Shown: positions 1 through 11,605 of the stretch, piece after piece
How the letters are laid out: every line of letters starts with the position of its first letter
Position numbering within the stretch: the first letter of the stretch is position 1
Source: Alloascoidea hylecoeti
Lineage: Eukaryota
Direction of reading: 5' to 3'
Length of the DNA stretch: 64,000 bases
NCBI GenBank assembly: GCA_001600815.1
Contig: BCKZ01000014.1
Span: 558,001-622,000, forward strand
Made by a program: the position numbers and the translations under genes
The notes under the pieces: model-generated
What the model was told of the DNA's origin: nothing
Databases searched by the model: none
The model's input: the letters and a program-made list of their open reading frames with translations, nothing else

Positions 1-2009
1 TTAATATTTGATATTGAAATTGTTAATCTTGTTGGATATTCTTTTAACAATTTAATTTTTGTTTGACTAACACCTACTGTTCCAACTGCTGCAGATAATT
101 TTGGTTTATTTTCATTAATAAATTCCTCAACAGCATTAATAGTTTCATTAAATACTTTATCAACAGAACCTTGTAAATCTTTAACTTTTTTTGTAAATGG
201 TTCTGAAAATGATAAAACTCTTTTAGTTTTTAATGATTTAATTGATTTAACAACTCCTGCTTCTAATCTAATTTGATCACCATAAATCTTTTTCATATGT
301 GGTTGTTCAATAAATTGTAAGAAGAAAATTTGTCCAAATGTCCAAAGTAGCGCAATTATAAAGGTTTTAATACTATTACAAATTATAACACAACCCCAAA
401 TTCCAGCGATACCGAACCAACGTTCAGGATCATTTAAATATCTATGAATACCAGAATATGATAATTTATTGTAATTATTATTGGTATTATTATGAAAGAA
501 ATCACCATAAAACCATCCATAATCACCTAATGATTCAAAAATTGAATAACTTGTCCATATTTGTAAAGAAATCAAAAATAAACCAATTGTATAACTTAAT
601 TTTAAATCTAATGAATGTAAATTTGAATGGTCATTTGGATTTATAATTTCACGAATTAATATAATAAAAAATGATGAATATGATAAAATAATTGTAAAAT
701 TATATAAAATTTGCCATTGATTAAATGATTGTTTTTTTGTATAACCAAATTTTAAAAAATATTTTGTCCATAAAAATGAAGAACTTTGTTTTGATAAAAT
801 ATAACCAAGACCAAAAAAATGCCATAATTTCCAAAATATTGCATTTAAAAATAATAATCTATTAAAAAAATTAGATTGTGGTAAAAATATCAATAATAGA
901 GTTTGTATACAAACAATTAATGTTAAAATATCTGATTGTCTTAATAAATGAAAATTATAAAATATAACCATTGGTTTAATTAAATCTTTTTCTTCATCAA
1001 TATCTATTTCATTTTCATTTTCATTCACAATACTTGAACTTAATCTTCTAATTGGTTTTGGATTATAAATCTTTTCAATATGTGGATTTTCAACAATAAT
1101 CAAAAATAAAAATTGACAAATATGAGCCAAGACAGATATAATTAAAACTTTATAACTTGATGATATTAACGCAGCACCATAAAATCCAGCATAACCAATT
1201 GAATACATTGGATGAGGAGCCATTTCAAATACTCCATCAAATGTTAAATTTATATCTTGTAAGAAGAAAAAATCTCCCCAATACCAGGCATAATCTTGAA
1301 CAACTCTATGAGCATCCATCTTCACCCATAGATTGAATAAATTTAACAGAATTCCAATAGCTAACCGGAAAACAATTAAATATAATGGTTGATTAAATCC
1401 TTCAAAATTAAAACAACTGCAAACTACTAAAAAATAACATATAAAATCAGACATCAGTACCAAATCAACGAAATGTCGAAATAAAATCCAAGTATTGAAC
1501 TCAATTGGTACTTCATAAATATCATTTGAATTCATTTTAACTTTTAAATCATATTGAATGAAGTTTTGTAACCAATTTTTTGTCCCCTTTTCATTTTTTG
1601 AAAATAAATCATATTTAATTGCCCATTTAATTAAAGTTTTATGCTTTGATTGATTATCTAATAACCAACCAATACCGACATTATAAGCAATTCTCCAAAA
1701 TGCAAATAAAGAAATGAATATTGTTGAAGTATAAGAATTAAATTTCTTATCAGATCCATAATTAATTGTTAAAAATAATAAAATGTAACTTGATAGAATT
1801 AATATAATTAATTTATCAATTGGAGATTTTGAAATTTTAGGATTAAATAATGTTGCAATCATATCATGAGTTTTTGGAATGATAAAAGTTTCATTATTGT
1901 TTTGTGATCCAAGGATACCAATTGAAATATTAGCATGATTATCTTTAAGTTTAAGCTCATCATCAACAGTGATTTCTGTAGTGCTATTTATCGATCCTAC
2001 CTCACTCAT
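1..2009 (-). CDS. CHO2: Phosphatidylethanolamine N-methyltransferase (3' end outside the window)
   Basis: Not in the ORF track because it has no stop in the window. Manual minus-strand translation from ATG 2009 gives MSEVGSINST...TFIIPKTHDMIATLFNPK...DAHRVVQDYAWYWGDFFFLQDINLTFDGVFEMAPHPMYSIGYAGFYG, the Cho2/Pem1 signature. Confidence 0.93.
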   Translation of the reverse strand, partial: MSEVGSINSTTEITVDDELKLKDNHANISIGILGSQNNNETFIIPKTHDMIATLFNPKISKSPIDKLIILILSSYILLFLTINYGSDKKFNSYTSTIFISLFAFWRIAYNVGIGWLLDNQSKHKTLIKWAIKYDLFSKNEKGTKNWLQNFIQYDLKVKMNSNDIYEVPIEFNTWILFRHFVDLVLMSDFICYFLVVCSCFNFEGFNQPLYLIVFRLAIGILLNLFNLWVKMDAHRVVQDYAWYWGDFFFLQDINLTFDGVFEMAPHPMYSIGYAGFYGAALISSSYKVLIISVLAHICQFLFLIIVENPHIEKIYNPKPIRRLSSSIVNENENEIDIDEEKDLIKPMVIFYNFHLLRQSDILTLIVCIQTLLLIFLPQSNFFNRLLFLNAIFWKLWHFFGLGYILSKQSSSFLWTKYFLKFGYTKKQSFNQWQILYNFTIILSYSSFFIILIREIINPNDHSNLHSLDLKLSYTIGLFLISLQIWTSYSIFESLGDYGWFYGDFFHNNTNNNYNKLSYSGIHRYLNDPERWFGIAGIWGCVIICNSIKTFIIALLWTFGQIFFLQFIEQPHMKKIYGDQIRLEAGVVKSIKSLKTKRVLSFSEPFTKKVKDLQGSVDKVFNETINAVEEFINENKPKLSAAVGTVGVSQTKIKLLKEYPTRLTISISNI

Positions 2010-2440
2010 AATTGCAAGATCATTCCAAGAAATTAAAAGAAAGGAAAAGATATTAATTGACATATTTATAAGTATTAATTGTGAATTGTTGGGATTAACG
2101 TTTGCAATTGTTGGACCTGATTAATTAGTAAGTCGATTCTCCATAATTATGCCCCTCCATGTGATAATATATGCGTATTCACCTGTCCTGATGTGGAAGA
2201 GCAATGGTCAGATGCCGTACCAGGAAATTGTTAGGAGCGGGTAGCATCCCTTCTGCCGGACCTTTGAGCCCGAGTATATGTCTGCTTGAGAGAAGCCAGC
2301 CAGAGACAACCGGCCAAACAGGCTCTTTGATAGCAAAGTGCTATGCTCGTTGCCATTCCTGCATATGCCTGCATAATCACATGAATATATTCCAAAACAT
2401 AGAGAAATAATAAATAATAAATAATAAATAATAAAAATAG

Positions 2441-3942
2441 CTATGAGGACTGGGAAAACTGTTCTTCAATCCAACTCAACAACCGATCATAAACCATCGC
2501 ATTCGAATTATGAAAGTTAATGCTGTGCTCAGAGTCTGGAAATGTGTGGAAATCGTAATTTTCTAACCCAGCGACATCCAATCTATCCAATATTGCTAAA
2601 CTATTTTGAAAATGAACATTATCATCTCCTGTTCCATGCATAATCAAAAACCTTTTAACTTGTTTTAAATTGTTAATCCCATTTTCTTCTAAAACTGATG
2701 ATTCTTCATATCCTTTTTCATTATCAATTGGTAAATGCATATATCGTTCGGTAAATATTGAATCATAATATCTCCATGATGTAACCGGAGCAACTGCCAT
2801 CCCAAACGAGAACGTTTCTCCTTTATCAACTTCTAAAACTTTTAATGTTAAAAATCCTCCAAAACTCCAACCCCAAATCGCCATTTTGGTTTCATCGATA
2901 TATGATTCTTTAGCTATTATTTTGGCAACTTCAATTTGATCTTGTGCTTCTAAAACTCCAAGTTTATCTCTAACACCTGTTTTAAATTTTCTGCCTTTAT
3001 TTTTTGTACCTCTTCCATCAACTGAAATTACTATTGAATTTAATTGTGATGATAAGACTTCTTGAAAATGAATACTAAATTTTGTTTGAACCTCTTGACT
3101 ATTAGGTCCGCCATAAACATAAAATATAACTGGATATTTCTTGGTAGCTGATTTTGAAAAATTAAATGGTGTTATAATTCTTACATTTAAATCAATCATT
3201 TCATTATTATTTTTATAACTAATTGTTGTATAATTAGCTATCGGTAAATCAAATTTTTTTAAATTTTGTTCTAAATATGGTGATCCTTCTAATTTTAATC
3301 CTTTATCATTATCATCCCATAAATCTATAATTTTTTGATATGGTAAGTTTGGACCTTGATAATTAATTAAAGCAAATCTTAAACCTGGAGAAATTGACGA
3401 ATCATAATATCCATTTCCATTTGTTGCTGGAATTGATTTTTTATTTGTTGAATCTAAATTAATTGAATATAAATGTTTTCCAATCGATGAATTTTCTCCA
3501 GTACTTTCATAATATATTAAATTTTTCTTTAAATCAATTGATATAGATGAAGAATCAATATCAAATTTTGAATCATCTCCAGTAATAACCAAATCAGCTT
3601 TTTCAGATTTATAAATATTTTTAAACCATCCAATTTGTGAATATCCATTTTTATTAATAGTTAAATCAACATAACTATCATCCTCATTGTTATTGTTTTT
3701 CGGTATAAAAGTAGTAATGGATGATTTTTCAACCCATCCATTATCTAAAATTTTAAAATTTTCTCTTCTTAAAATTTTTGTTTCTTTTGATTTAATATTT
3801 GTAATTGAAATTTCTAAATAATCACTTGTTCTATCAGTTTTATGAATTAATAAATTATCACTATTAACCCAGTTTATTTCTGTAATTATATTATCAAATT
3901 TTAAAGATGAATCTTTTGAATTATTAATTATAAAAGATTTAA

Positions 3943-4002
<60 letters not shown>

Positions 4003-5293
4003 CATTATTATCATTATTATCATTATTATCATTATTATCATTATTATCATTATTAATTGTAACAACACAAATTGAAACTATAGGATTTGGAAATCCTGGT
4101 TTTGGATATTTGACATTTTTAAATTCTGGATAAAATTCATTATTAAAATCATTTTGAAAATAATAAGGTATTTTAAAATCAGGTACCTTTGTATCATTTG
4201 TAATCATAAATGCAAATTTATTACTATCTGGTGCCCACCAAATCGCTGTATCTTTATTAAAAATTTCTTCTTCATATACCCAATCATTTAATCCATTTAA
4301 TATATTTTCATTTCCATTATTTGTTATTCTTAAATTTGTATTTGTTTTTATGGTATATAAATATAAATCATGATTATAATTATATAAAATAACTTCTCCA
4401 TTTGGTGACCATTCAGCAAAACTAATTTTATTTAATTCTTTATTATTTTTATCATCATTTAAATTTATATTTATATTTAGAGGTATAATTTTTTTTGTTT
4501 TAATATCATATATCCAATAATAATTTAATGAAGAATATCTCCAAACTTTTTCATGATTTGTTATAAATAGTAATTTATTAAATTTAAAATTTGGTTTAAT
4601 TGAATTAATTGAATAAATAGTATCATTAAAATTAAATGTATCATCATTATAAAGTATTGTTTGATTAATTTTAATACCATGTTTTTTATCATTATCATCT
4701 TTATAAACAGTATTTGATATTATTTGATGATTCGATTTTGATATAAAAATTGCATATCCTTTATCATCATTAATTGATTTTTCCCATTTAATCGATTGTG
4801 GGAAATTATAAAATAAGCCTGATCTTATATCATTCATTGAGATTGGTTTGTATTTTACATTATTAAGATCACTACCATTTCCTTTATTGTCAGGACTAGC
4901 ATGCCTTATACTCTCTTTACCTGAAAATGAATACATTATAAGAGCCATTAGCCATAATGTAGCCGCTCCACCAAGAACAAACCATAAGATCTTTTTGAAT
5001 TGCTTATCAATCGGCAAAGGAGTAGGATGTCCATGTATATTATTTTCAATATCAGGAATATATCCTTCACCCTCCTGGTCATTATGATCACCAGCATTAT
5101 TCTCCTGAGATGTTTGTATTTCACCCAATGCTTCAAAAATCTCAGATATCACGGATTGAGAATCTGTACTGATGGAATTTTCATTTTCAGCATCGTCTTC
5201 TTGAGAACTTGGAGTTATGACGGTGGAGAGCATTTCGTAAGACATTCCTTCCGAGTCCGAGCCTCCACTTTCGTGGAACAATCGTCTGAACAT
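2441..5293 (-). CDS. STE13: Dipeptidyl aminopeptidase, S9B family (Ste13/Dap2-type type II membrane protease)
   Basis: 950 aa. Long cytosolic N-terminus, one TM (ILWFVLGGAATLWLMALIM), DWVYEEE motif, catalytic GWSFGG, DDNVH and His motifs. The long tail favours STE13 over DAP2. Confidence 0.85.
3944..4055. repeat. In-frame (ATT)n / (ATCATTATT)n microsatellite encoding an NND/poly-Asn tract in the STE13-like CDS
   Basis: Directly visible trinucleotide and 9-mer repeats; the protein reads NNDNNDNND...NNNNNN. Confidence 0.95.
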
Positions 5294-5602
5294 TTATATT
5301 TTCAAGTTTTTTCAGGTATGGTATCCTATCCTATGTTACTCAGATTNTAGTGTATGTTACCGCCTTGCATCCACATTATTTCCGCACGCTGTAAGTATGT
5401 TGCAATTCGCACGAAGGGAGAGAGAAATCGGCGTGGTTTCATGTTGCATCCCGGGTAACAAAAATCTATTAATAACATACATTTGCTTACTTATTTCTCC
5501 TGATTTTGAAAAACTGTTTTTTTCTTTCCTCACCACCAAAACACATTCGTTCGGATATTCTTTTTCCCTAGTGGCTTTTCGAGACTAAGGAGGATCTGAA
5601 AA

Positions 5603-8600
5603 ATGCAGTCTGGAGCTGACTTAAGTACCCTGCCAGCAAGTGGTATGGACGAACTGGGCATCACTTCTCAGTGCGCCTCAAGGTTTCATCAAAACTTACC
5701 TTATGCCTACATCGGCACAGGTGCTGTCGTTGCAATTAACACGTATAAAAAAATTAGCATCGAACAAGCTGAGGTTTTTAAAAATTTGGGCAACCGAGCC
5801 TTAAGAAGACTAAATCTGTTGGATGAAAGTCAAACGATCACTTTTTTGGGTGAGCCTGGGTCAGGTAAATCTGAGTTCAAAACAATCGTTACAAACCATC
5901 TTTTATCACAAAGTAGAACTCCAATAGGTATACGAGTCAGAGATGCTCACACCATTTTTGCTGCTTTCACATCTACTAAAACAATGTCATCGAACAGTGC
6001 TTCGCGAGCTGGTCAAACAACCGAACTTCAATATTCTGAGGACTCGACTCTTGTTGGTGCAATGATGTTGGATTATAGATTAGAAAGATCAAGAATAACA
6101 AAAGTCCCAACTGGTGAAAGAAACTTCCATGTCTTTTATTATTTATTATCTGGTATTTCGGATGTTGAAAGAGATCATTTACAATTAACAACTCCTGATC
6201 AATCAAGATTTCATTATTTGGGTCATCCATCACAATTAACTATTTCTGGTTTGGATGATACTCAAAAATTTATGGAATTAAAACAGGCTTTTAAAAGTTT
6301 AACTTTTTCAAGATCGGATATTGCCAATATTTGTCAACTACTAGCTGCTATCTTGCATATCGGTCAACTACAATTTGTTGATGTTGGTGTTAGTCCCATG
6401 TCCGGAGATGGTACTGCTTCAATTGTAAACACCAAAACTTTGAGTGCCATTTCTCACTTTTTAGGTGTTAGACCAACTTTACTTGAAAACTCTTTATTAT
6501 ATAAAACAACTATGATTGGTAAAGATAAAGTAACTACTGTTTTAGATGCTGAAGGTGCTCGCAAAAATGCTGATGAATTATCAAGATGTTTATATACTTT
6601 ATTATTCTCTTGGATCGTTGAAAAAATAAATACAAGAATTAACACAGGTGAAGTTTCAAAAACAATTTCAATTGTTGATTTTCCTGGATTTTCAATATCT
6701 TCTGCAAACTCATCATTAGATAAATTATTACATAATTCAGCAATTGAATATTTACAAAATTATATGTTAAATTGTTATTTTGAAAGATCATCAAATGTTT
6801 TAGATTCTGAAAATATTCCAATTCCAAATACTGCTTATTTTGATAATTCAGATATTATTAAAACTTTATTTAGACCATCTTTAGGTTTATTATCAATTAT
6901 TGATAATTATTCTAAAAAAAATAAATCTGATACTCAATTATTAAATTCTTTGGAAAGAAGATTTCAAAGAAATCATGTTGTTGAAGTTACTGCAAGAACA
7001 AGAAAATCTTTTTTAGTTAAACATTTTGCTGGTGAAGTTGAATATTCTGCAACTTCTTTATTATATAATAATTCTGAAACTATTTCTGTTGATGCTATTA
7101 ATTTATTTACTTCTGCTTCAACTTCAACTTTCTTACAAGGAGTTTTCCAAGCTTCAGCTGTTATTAATAAAGATGATTTGGCTGGAAGTGGTGCCGTTTT
7201 ACAAGCAACTCTTTCATCAAAACCAACAAGACAACCATCACAATATCGAAAATCAAGTATGAAACGAACTGCTTCAAGAGCTGCTTCACAACATCGTTCT
7301 GAAGCTCCAGGAGGAGATGATGCTACTTCTGTTCTTTCGAAATCAGTTTCTCGTACTGGTGGTAATCGCGTTGATTTATCAAAAGGTGGGAAAAGTCGTC
7401 AACCTAAATATGCAAAAGAATCAACATATGCTGCTTGTGGTCAATTTGCAACTGCAATTGAAACTCTTGTTGATTCATTTGAATCTTCAAATCCTTATTT
7501 TGTTATTTGTTTAAAACCAAATGATAGAAGAATTTCAAATCAATTTGATGCAAGATGTGTGCGACAACAAGTAACTGCTTTCGAAATTCCTGAATTAACA
7601 CAACGTGTTAAAACAATCGATTTTGGTTTATTGTTACCATTTAATGAATTTATAAAATTATCTGAATTACGTTTAGCAAGTGATAAAGCAAAAGAAAATT
7701 CTGAAAATACAGATACTGAAACAACAAATTTAATGGATATTGAAATGATGTCCGAAAAACAACAATCTGAAAGATTATTAAGAAAACTTAGTTGGATTGA
7801 ACGTGATGCTCGTGTTGGTATGACAGGAATTGTTATTTCTGAAAGAGGTTGGTTAGAATTAGTTGACCCTGAAAATCGTATTATTTATAATAGAGCTGAA
7901 ACTGAAGGTGCTGTATTAGCAGGTGCAAATACAGCTGAGTATGCTGAAGATGATGCATTTTTTTACGATCCAAATGGTGATTCAAGAACAATAATGTCAA
8001 CTGGTAATGGTAATATGTTTAGATTCAATGAAGCTAAATCGACCTATACTAATTCTATCATGCATGTTAAGGATGAAAATGAGGATGATGGACAACAAGC
8101 CGTTGAAGAAATGCCTGTCACAAGACAAAGAAAAATTTGGGTTTTTATAGTGAGGGCAATGACATGGTATATCCCCGACAAAGCTATCGAAAAGATTGGT
8201 AAAATGCCAAGATATGATATAAGAGTTACATGGAGAGAAAAATTAGCTATTAATTTAATGATTTGGTTGTCTTGTGCTTTATGCATTTTATTTTTAGTTG
8301 GGTTTTCTGGATTGGTTTGTCCAAAAGAACACGTCTATTCAACTGGTGAATTATCTGAATATAGTTATGAGAACAATCCAGATGAGATTTATACTGCGAT
8401 TAGAGGTTATGTTTTTGATATAACTCAATTTTCTTCATCACATTATCCATCAATTATTTCTACTACAACAATTGAGAAAAAATCTGGTGAAAGTATTACT
8501 GATTTGTTCCCAATACAATTATCTGCTATATGTAATGGTACAGGTGGTGAAGGATCCATTTCAAAATATGTTAATATGGGATCAACAACAAATTATTCTG

Positions 8601-11086
8601 ATGATAATGCTGTATATCATGATTTTAGATATTCAACTGGTGATTATAGACCTGATTGGTATACTGAGATGATGATTCGTTTTAAATCAAATTATATGAA
8701 AGGTCATATTGGTTATACTCCTAAAGCTGTTAAAAAAATGGCTACTAAAAAATCTTTAAATGCATGTATTATACATGGTATGGTTTATGATTTATCAGAT
8801 TATATTAATGGTGAAATGTCTATTCAAGCCCCTGATGGTGAGACAGCACCTGATGATATTGATACTAATTTCATGGATGGTAGTTTAACAAATTTATTCA
8901 TCAATTATGCTGGAAAAGATATAAGTAGTAAATTTGATGATTTAAAAATGGATGATGATTTAAGAGTTGATATGAAAGCTTGTTTAAATAATGTATTTTT
9001 GGTTGGGAAAGTTGATTCAAGATCATCTGCAAGATGTTTATTTGCAAGATACTTTTTATTAGCATTAACATGTGTTGTTGTTTTAATCATTGGTGCAAAA
9101 TTCTTTGCTTCATTACAATTTGGAAAATCAGTTATTCCTGAAAATCTTGATCATTTCATTATTATGCAAGTCCCTGTTTATACTGAAGATGAAACTGCTA
9201 TTAGAAGAGCTGTTGATTCCTTGGCTCGTACGAAATATGATGATAAAAGAAAATTGTTATTTATTATTTGTGATGGTATGATTGTCGGATCAGGTAATGA
9301 TAGACCAACTCCAAGAATTGTTTTGGATATTTTGGGTGTTCCTGATGATGTTGATGCTGAACCTTATAGTTTTGAATCCTTAGGTGAAGGTAGAAAAAGA
9401 CATAACATGGGAAAAGTTTATTCTGGTTTATATGAAACACAAGGTCATATCGTACCATATATTGTTGCTGTTAAAGTTGGTAAACCTGATGAAATTAATA
9501 AACCAGGAAATAGAGGTAAAAGAGATTCACAAATGTTATTGATGAGATTTTTAAATGCTGTTCATTATAATTTACCAATGTCTCCAATGGAATTAGAATT
9601 GCATCATCAAATTCAAGACGTCATTGGTGTTGATCCATCATTATATGAATTTTTATTTCAAGTAGATGCTGATACAACTGTTGAACCAATGTCTGCTGCA
9701 ATCTTGGCTTCTCAATTGGTTGCAGATACAAAAATCATTGCAAATTGTGGTGAAACTGGTTTATCAAATGCAAAAGATTCAATGACAACAATGATTCAAG
9801 TGTATGAATATTTCATTTCTCATAATATGGCAAAAGCTTTTGAAAGTTTATTCAATTCAGTTACTTGTTTACCTGGTTGTTTCTCAATGTTTAGAATTTT
9901 CACTCCTGAAGATGGTAAACCATTATTTGTTTCTCATCCTGTTGTTAAAGGTTATCAAATAAATAGAGTCGATACTTTACATATGAAGAATCTGTTACAC
10001 TTGGGTGAAGATCGTTATTTAACAACTTTATTAATTAAACATCATCCTAAATGCAGAACAAAATTTAATAGGCAAGCACATGCCTATACCATTGCACCAG
10101 ATAATTGGAGTGTTTTATTATCACAAAGAAGACGTTGGATTAACTCAACAGTCCACAATTTAGTTGAATTGGCGCCTATGCAGCAATTATGTGGGTTTTG
10201 TTGTTTTTCAATGAGATTTATCGTTATGGTTGATTTGATCTCAACAATTATTCAACCTGTTACCGTGGCTTATTTGATTTATTTATTCTATACTGTAGCC
10301 ACTGCAACCTCATCAAATGATATACCAACTGTATCTTTAATTATGTTAGGTGTTATTTATGGTGTACAAGTTGTTGTTTTCTTGTTACGAAGAAAGTGGG
10401 ATATGATATTTTGGATGATTATTTATATCTTGGCTATACCGATTTATTCATTGGCTCTACCTTTATATTCCTTTTGGTATATGGATGATTTCTCTTGGGG
10501 TAATACAAGAGTTGTGCTTGGTGATGGTGGTAATAAAAAGATTATTGTCTCCGATGAAGGAGAATTTGATCCAAATGAAATTCCTCTACAGACATGGGAA
10601 GATTATCGTGGTGATACTTGGCAACATGGTGATCAAAAAGAGCGTATTCTAAGTCCTGGTCCTCAATCTGAAATGGCAAGTAATTATCCTTATACGGATG
10701 CTGGTTCGATGTATTCAAAGCCTTTGGATTCCCAATCGAATTATACCCGTTCAAATCCATTTGAAACTGGTTCTTCATATGGTGGAGGTTTGGAAAGAAG
10801 AGGTTCGGCATTCCCTGATCGTAGATCTGCTGCTGGTTCTTCACAGATGTTACTCGGTGATCAACGAAGTATGAGTTCACAGGCATTACTGAGTAGACAG
10901 GCTAATGAGCCAACAGATCAACAAATTGCAGCAGAATTAAGGAATATATTAAGTAATGCAGATCTTATGTCAGTTACAAAAAGAAGTTTAAGAGAAGCTT
11001 TAGAAGAAGCTTTCGGTATGAGTTTAATTCATAAGAAAGATTACATTGATTATGCGACAGAAGCAATCTTAAAGGGGGAATTATAA
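5603..11086 (+). CDS. Class V chitin synthase with N-terminal myosin motor-like domain
   Basis: 1827 aa. P-loop GEPGSGKS, GERNFHVFY, DFPGF, cytochrome-b5-like segments, catalytic DADT, LGEDRYL and QRRRW motifs, C-terminal DEK_C-like helix (ADLMSVTKRSLREALE). Confidence 0.95.
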   Translation: MQSGADLSTLPASGMDELGITSQCASRFHQNLPYAYIGTGAVVAINTYKKISIEQAEVFKNLGNRALRRLNLLDESQTITFLGEPGSGKSEFKTIVTNHLLSQSRTPIGIRVRDAHTIFAAFTSTKTMSSNSASRAGQTTELQYSEDSTLVGAMMLDYRLERSRITKVPTGERNFHVFYYLLSGISDVERDHLQLTTPDQSRFHYLGHPSQLTISGLDDTQKFMELKQAFKSLTFSRSDIANICQLLAAILHIGQLQFVDVGVSPMSGDGTASIVNTKTLSAISHFLGVRPTLLENSLLYKTTMIGKDKVTTVLDAEGARKNADELSRCLYTLLFSWIVEKINTRINTGEVSKTISIVDFPGFSISSANSSLDKLLHNSAIEYLQNYMLNCYFERSSNVLDSENIPIPNTAYFDNSDIIKTLFRPSLGLLSIIDNYSKKNKSDTQLLNSLERRFQRNHVVEVTARTRKSFLVKHFAGEVEYSATSLLYNNSETISVDAINLFTSASTSTFLQGVFQASAVINKDDLAGSGAVLQATLSSKPTRQPSQYRKSSMKRTASRAASQHRSEAPGGDDATSVLSKSVSRTGGNRVDLSKGGKSRQPKYAKESTYAACGQFATAIETLVDSFESSNPYFVICLKPNDRRISNQFDARCVRQQVTAFEIPELTQRVKTIDFGLLLPFNEFIKLSELRLASDKAKENSENTDTETTNLMDIEMMSEKQQSERLLRKLSWIERDARVGMTGIVISERGWLELVDPENRIIYNRAETEGAVLAGANTAEYAEDDAFFYDPNGDSRTIMSTGNGNMFRFNEAKSTYTNSIMHVKDENEDDGQQAVEEMPVTRQRKIWVFIVRAMTWYIPDKAIEKIGKMPRYDIRVTWREKLAINLMIWLSCALCILFLVGFSGLVCPKEHVYSTGELSEYSYENNPDEIYTAIRGYVFDITQFSSSHYPSIISTTTIEKKSGESITDLFPIQLSAICNGTGGEGSISKYVNMGSTTNYSDDNAVYHDFRYSTGDYRPDWYTEMMIRFKSNYMKGHIGYTPKAVKKMATKKSLNACIIHGMVYDLSDYINGEMSIQAPDGETAPDDIDTNFMDGSLTNLFINYAGKDISSKFDDLKMDDDLRVDMKACLNNVFLVGKVDSRSSARCLFARYFLLALTCVVVLIIGAKFFASLQFGKSVIPENLDHFIIMQVPVYTEDETAIRRAVDSLARTKYDDKRKLLFIICDGMIVGSGNDRPTPRIVLDILGVPDDVDAEPYSFESLGEGRKRHNMGKVYSGLYETQGHIVPYIVAVKVGKPDEINKPGNRGKRDSQMLLMRFLNAVHYNLPMSPMELELHHQIQDVIGVDPSLYEFLFQVDADTTVEPMSAAILASQLVADTKIIANCGETGLSNAKDSMTTMIQVYEYFISHNMAKAFESLFNSVTCLPGCFSMFRIFTPEDGKPLFVSHPVVKGYQINRVDTLHMKNLLHLGEDRYLTTLLIKHHPKCRTKFNRQAHAYTIAPDNWSVLLSQRRRWINSTVHNLVELAPMQQLCGFCCFSMRFIVMVDLISTIIQPVTVAYLIYLFYTVATATSSNDIPTVSLIMLGVIYGVQVVVFLLRRKWDMIFWMIIYILAIPIYSLALPLYSFWYMDDFSWGNTRVVLGDGGNKKIIVSDEGEFDPNEIPLQTWEDYRGDTWQHGDQKERILSPGPQSEMASNYPYTDAGSMYSKPLDSQSNYTRSNPFETGSSYGGGLERRGSAFPDRRSAAGSSQMLLGDQRSMSSQALLSRQANEPTDQQIAAELRNILSNADLMSVTKRSLREALEEAFGMSLIHKKDYIDYATEAILKGEL

Positions 11087-11605
11087 ATAATGAGCAAGGT
11101 TTAAGATATAATAATTATACAAGAATTTTGATAATGAGAGAAGAGCAAATAGTTCGTACAGTTTGGAATGAAATTGAATTTCATATTTAGTTGAATTAGG
11201 AGGATTTTATTTTTTACACATACTTTTTTTATTCTATATATATATATATATATTTTGCATAACATCATAAATAAATGCATATTAAATCATATCGTATTGG
11301 TTATTGATCAGAAGTTTTAAATTTGCGATTGACTGTTTGAAATTCAAAAACCTTCATACCTGTAATTAAAGCCTTATAGATATGATTTATAATAATATTT
11401 TGAATGAAAATAAGCAGCTTGAGTATAAGGGGTATGTATCTACATGTACAATAGGTAGAGTAGATAACAAACCCAAGTATCTAACTTCGTTCAGATTAGG
11501 AGGTTTTTACACTCAAACGTTTGGAATAAAACTATATTTTTCTCTTCCTCTATAAGCTATTTATTAAATACAGTTCCAAGTTATTACTTATAATTATATA
11601 AATCA

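Noticed and set aside
2170..2410. GC-rich stretch and 68-aa ORF between CHO2 and STE13, considered as an ncRNA or small gene
   Set aside because: No recognisable snRNA, SRP, RNase P/MRP or tRNA motifs and no protein motif. Most simply CHO2 promoter sequence.
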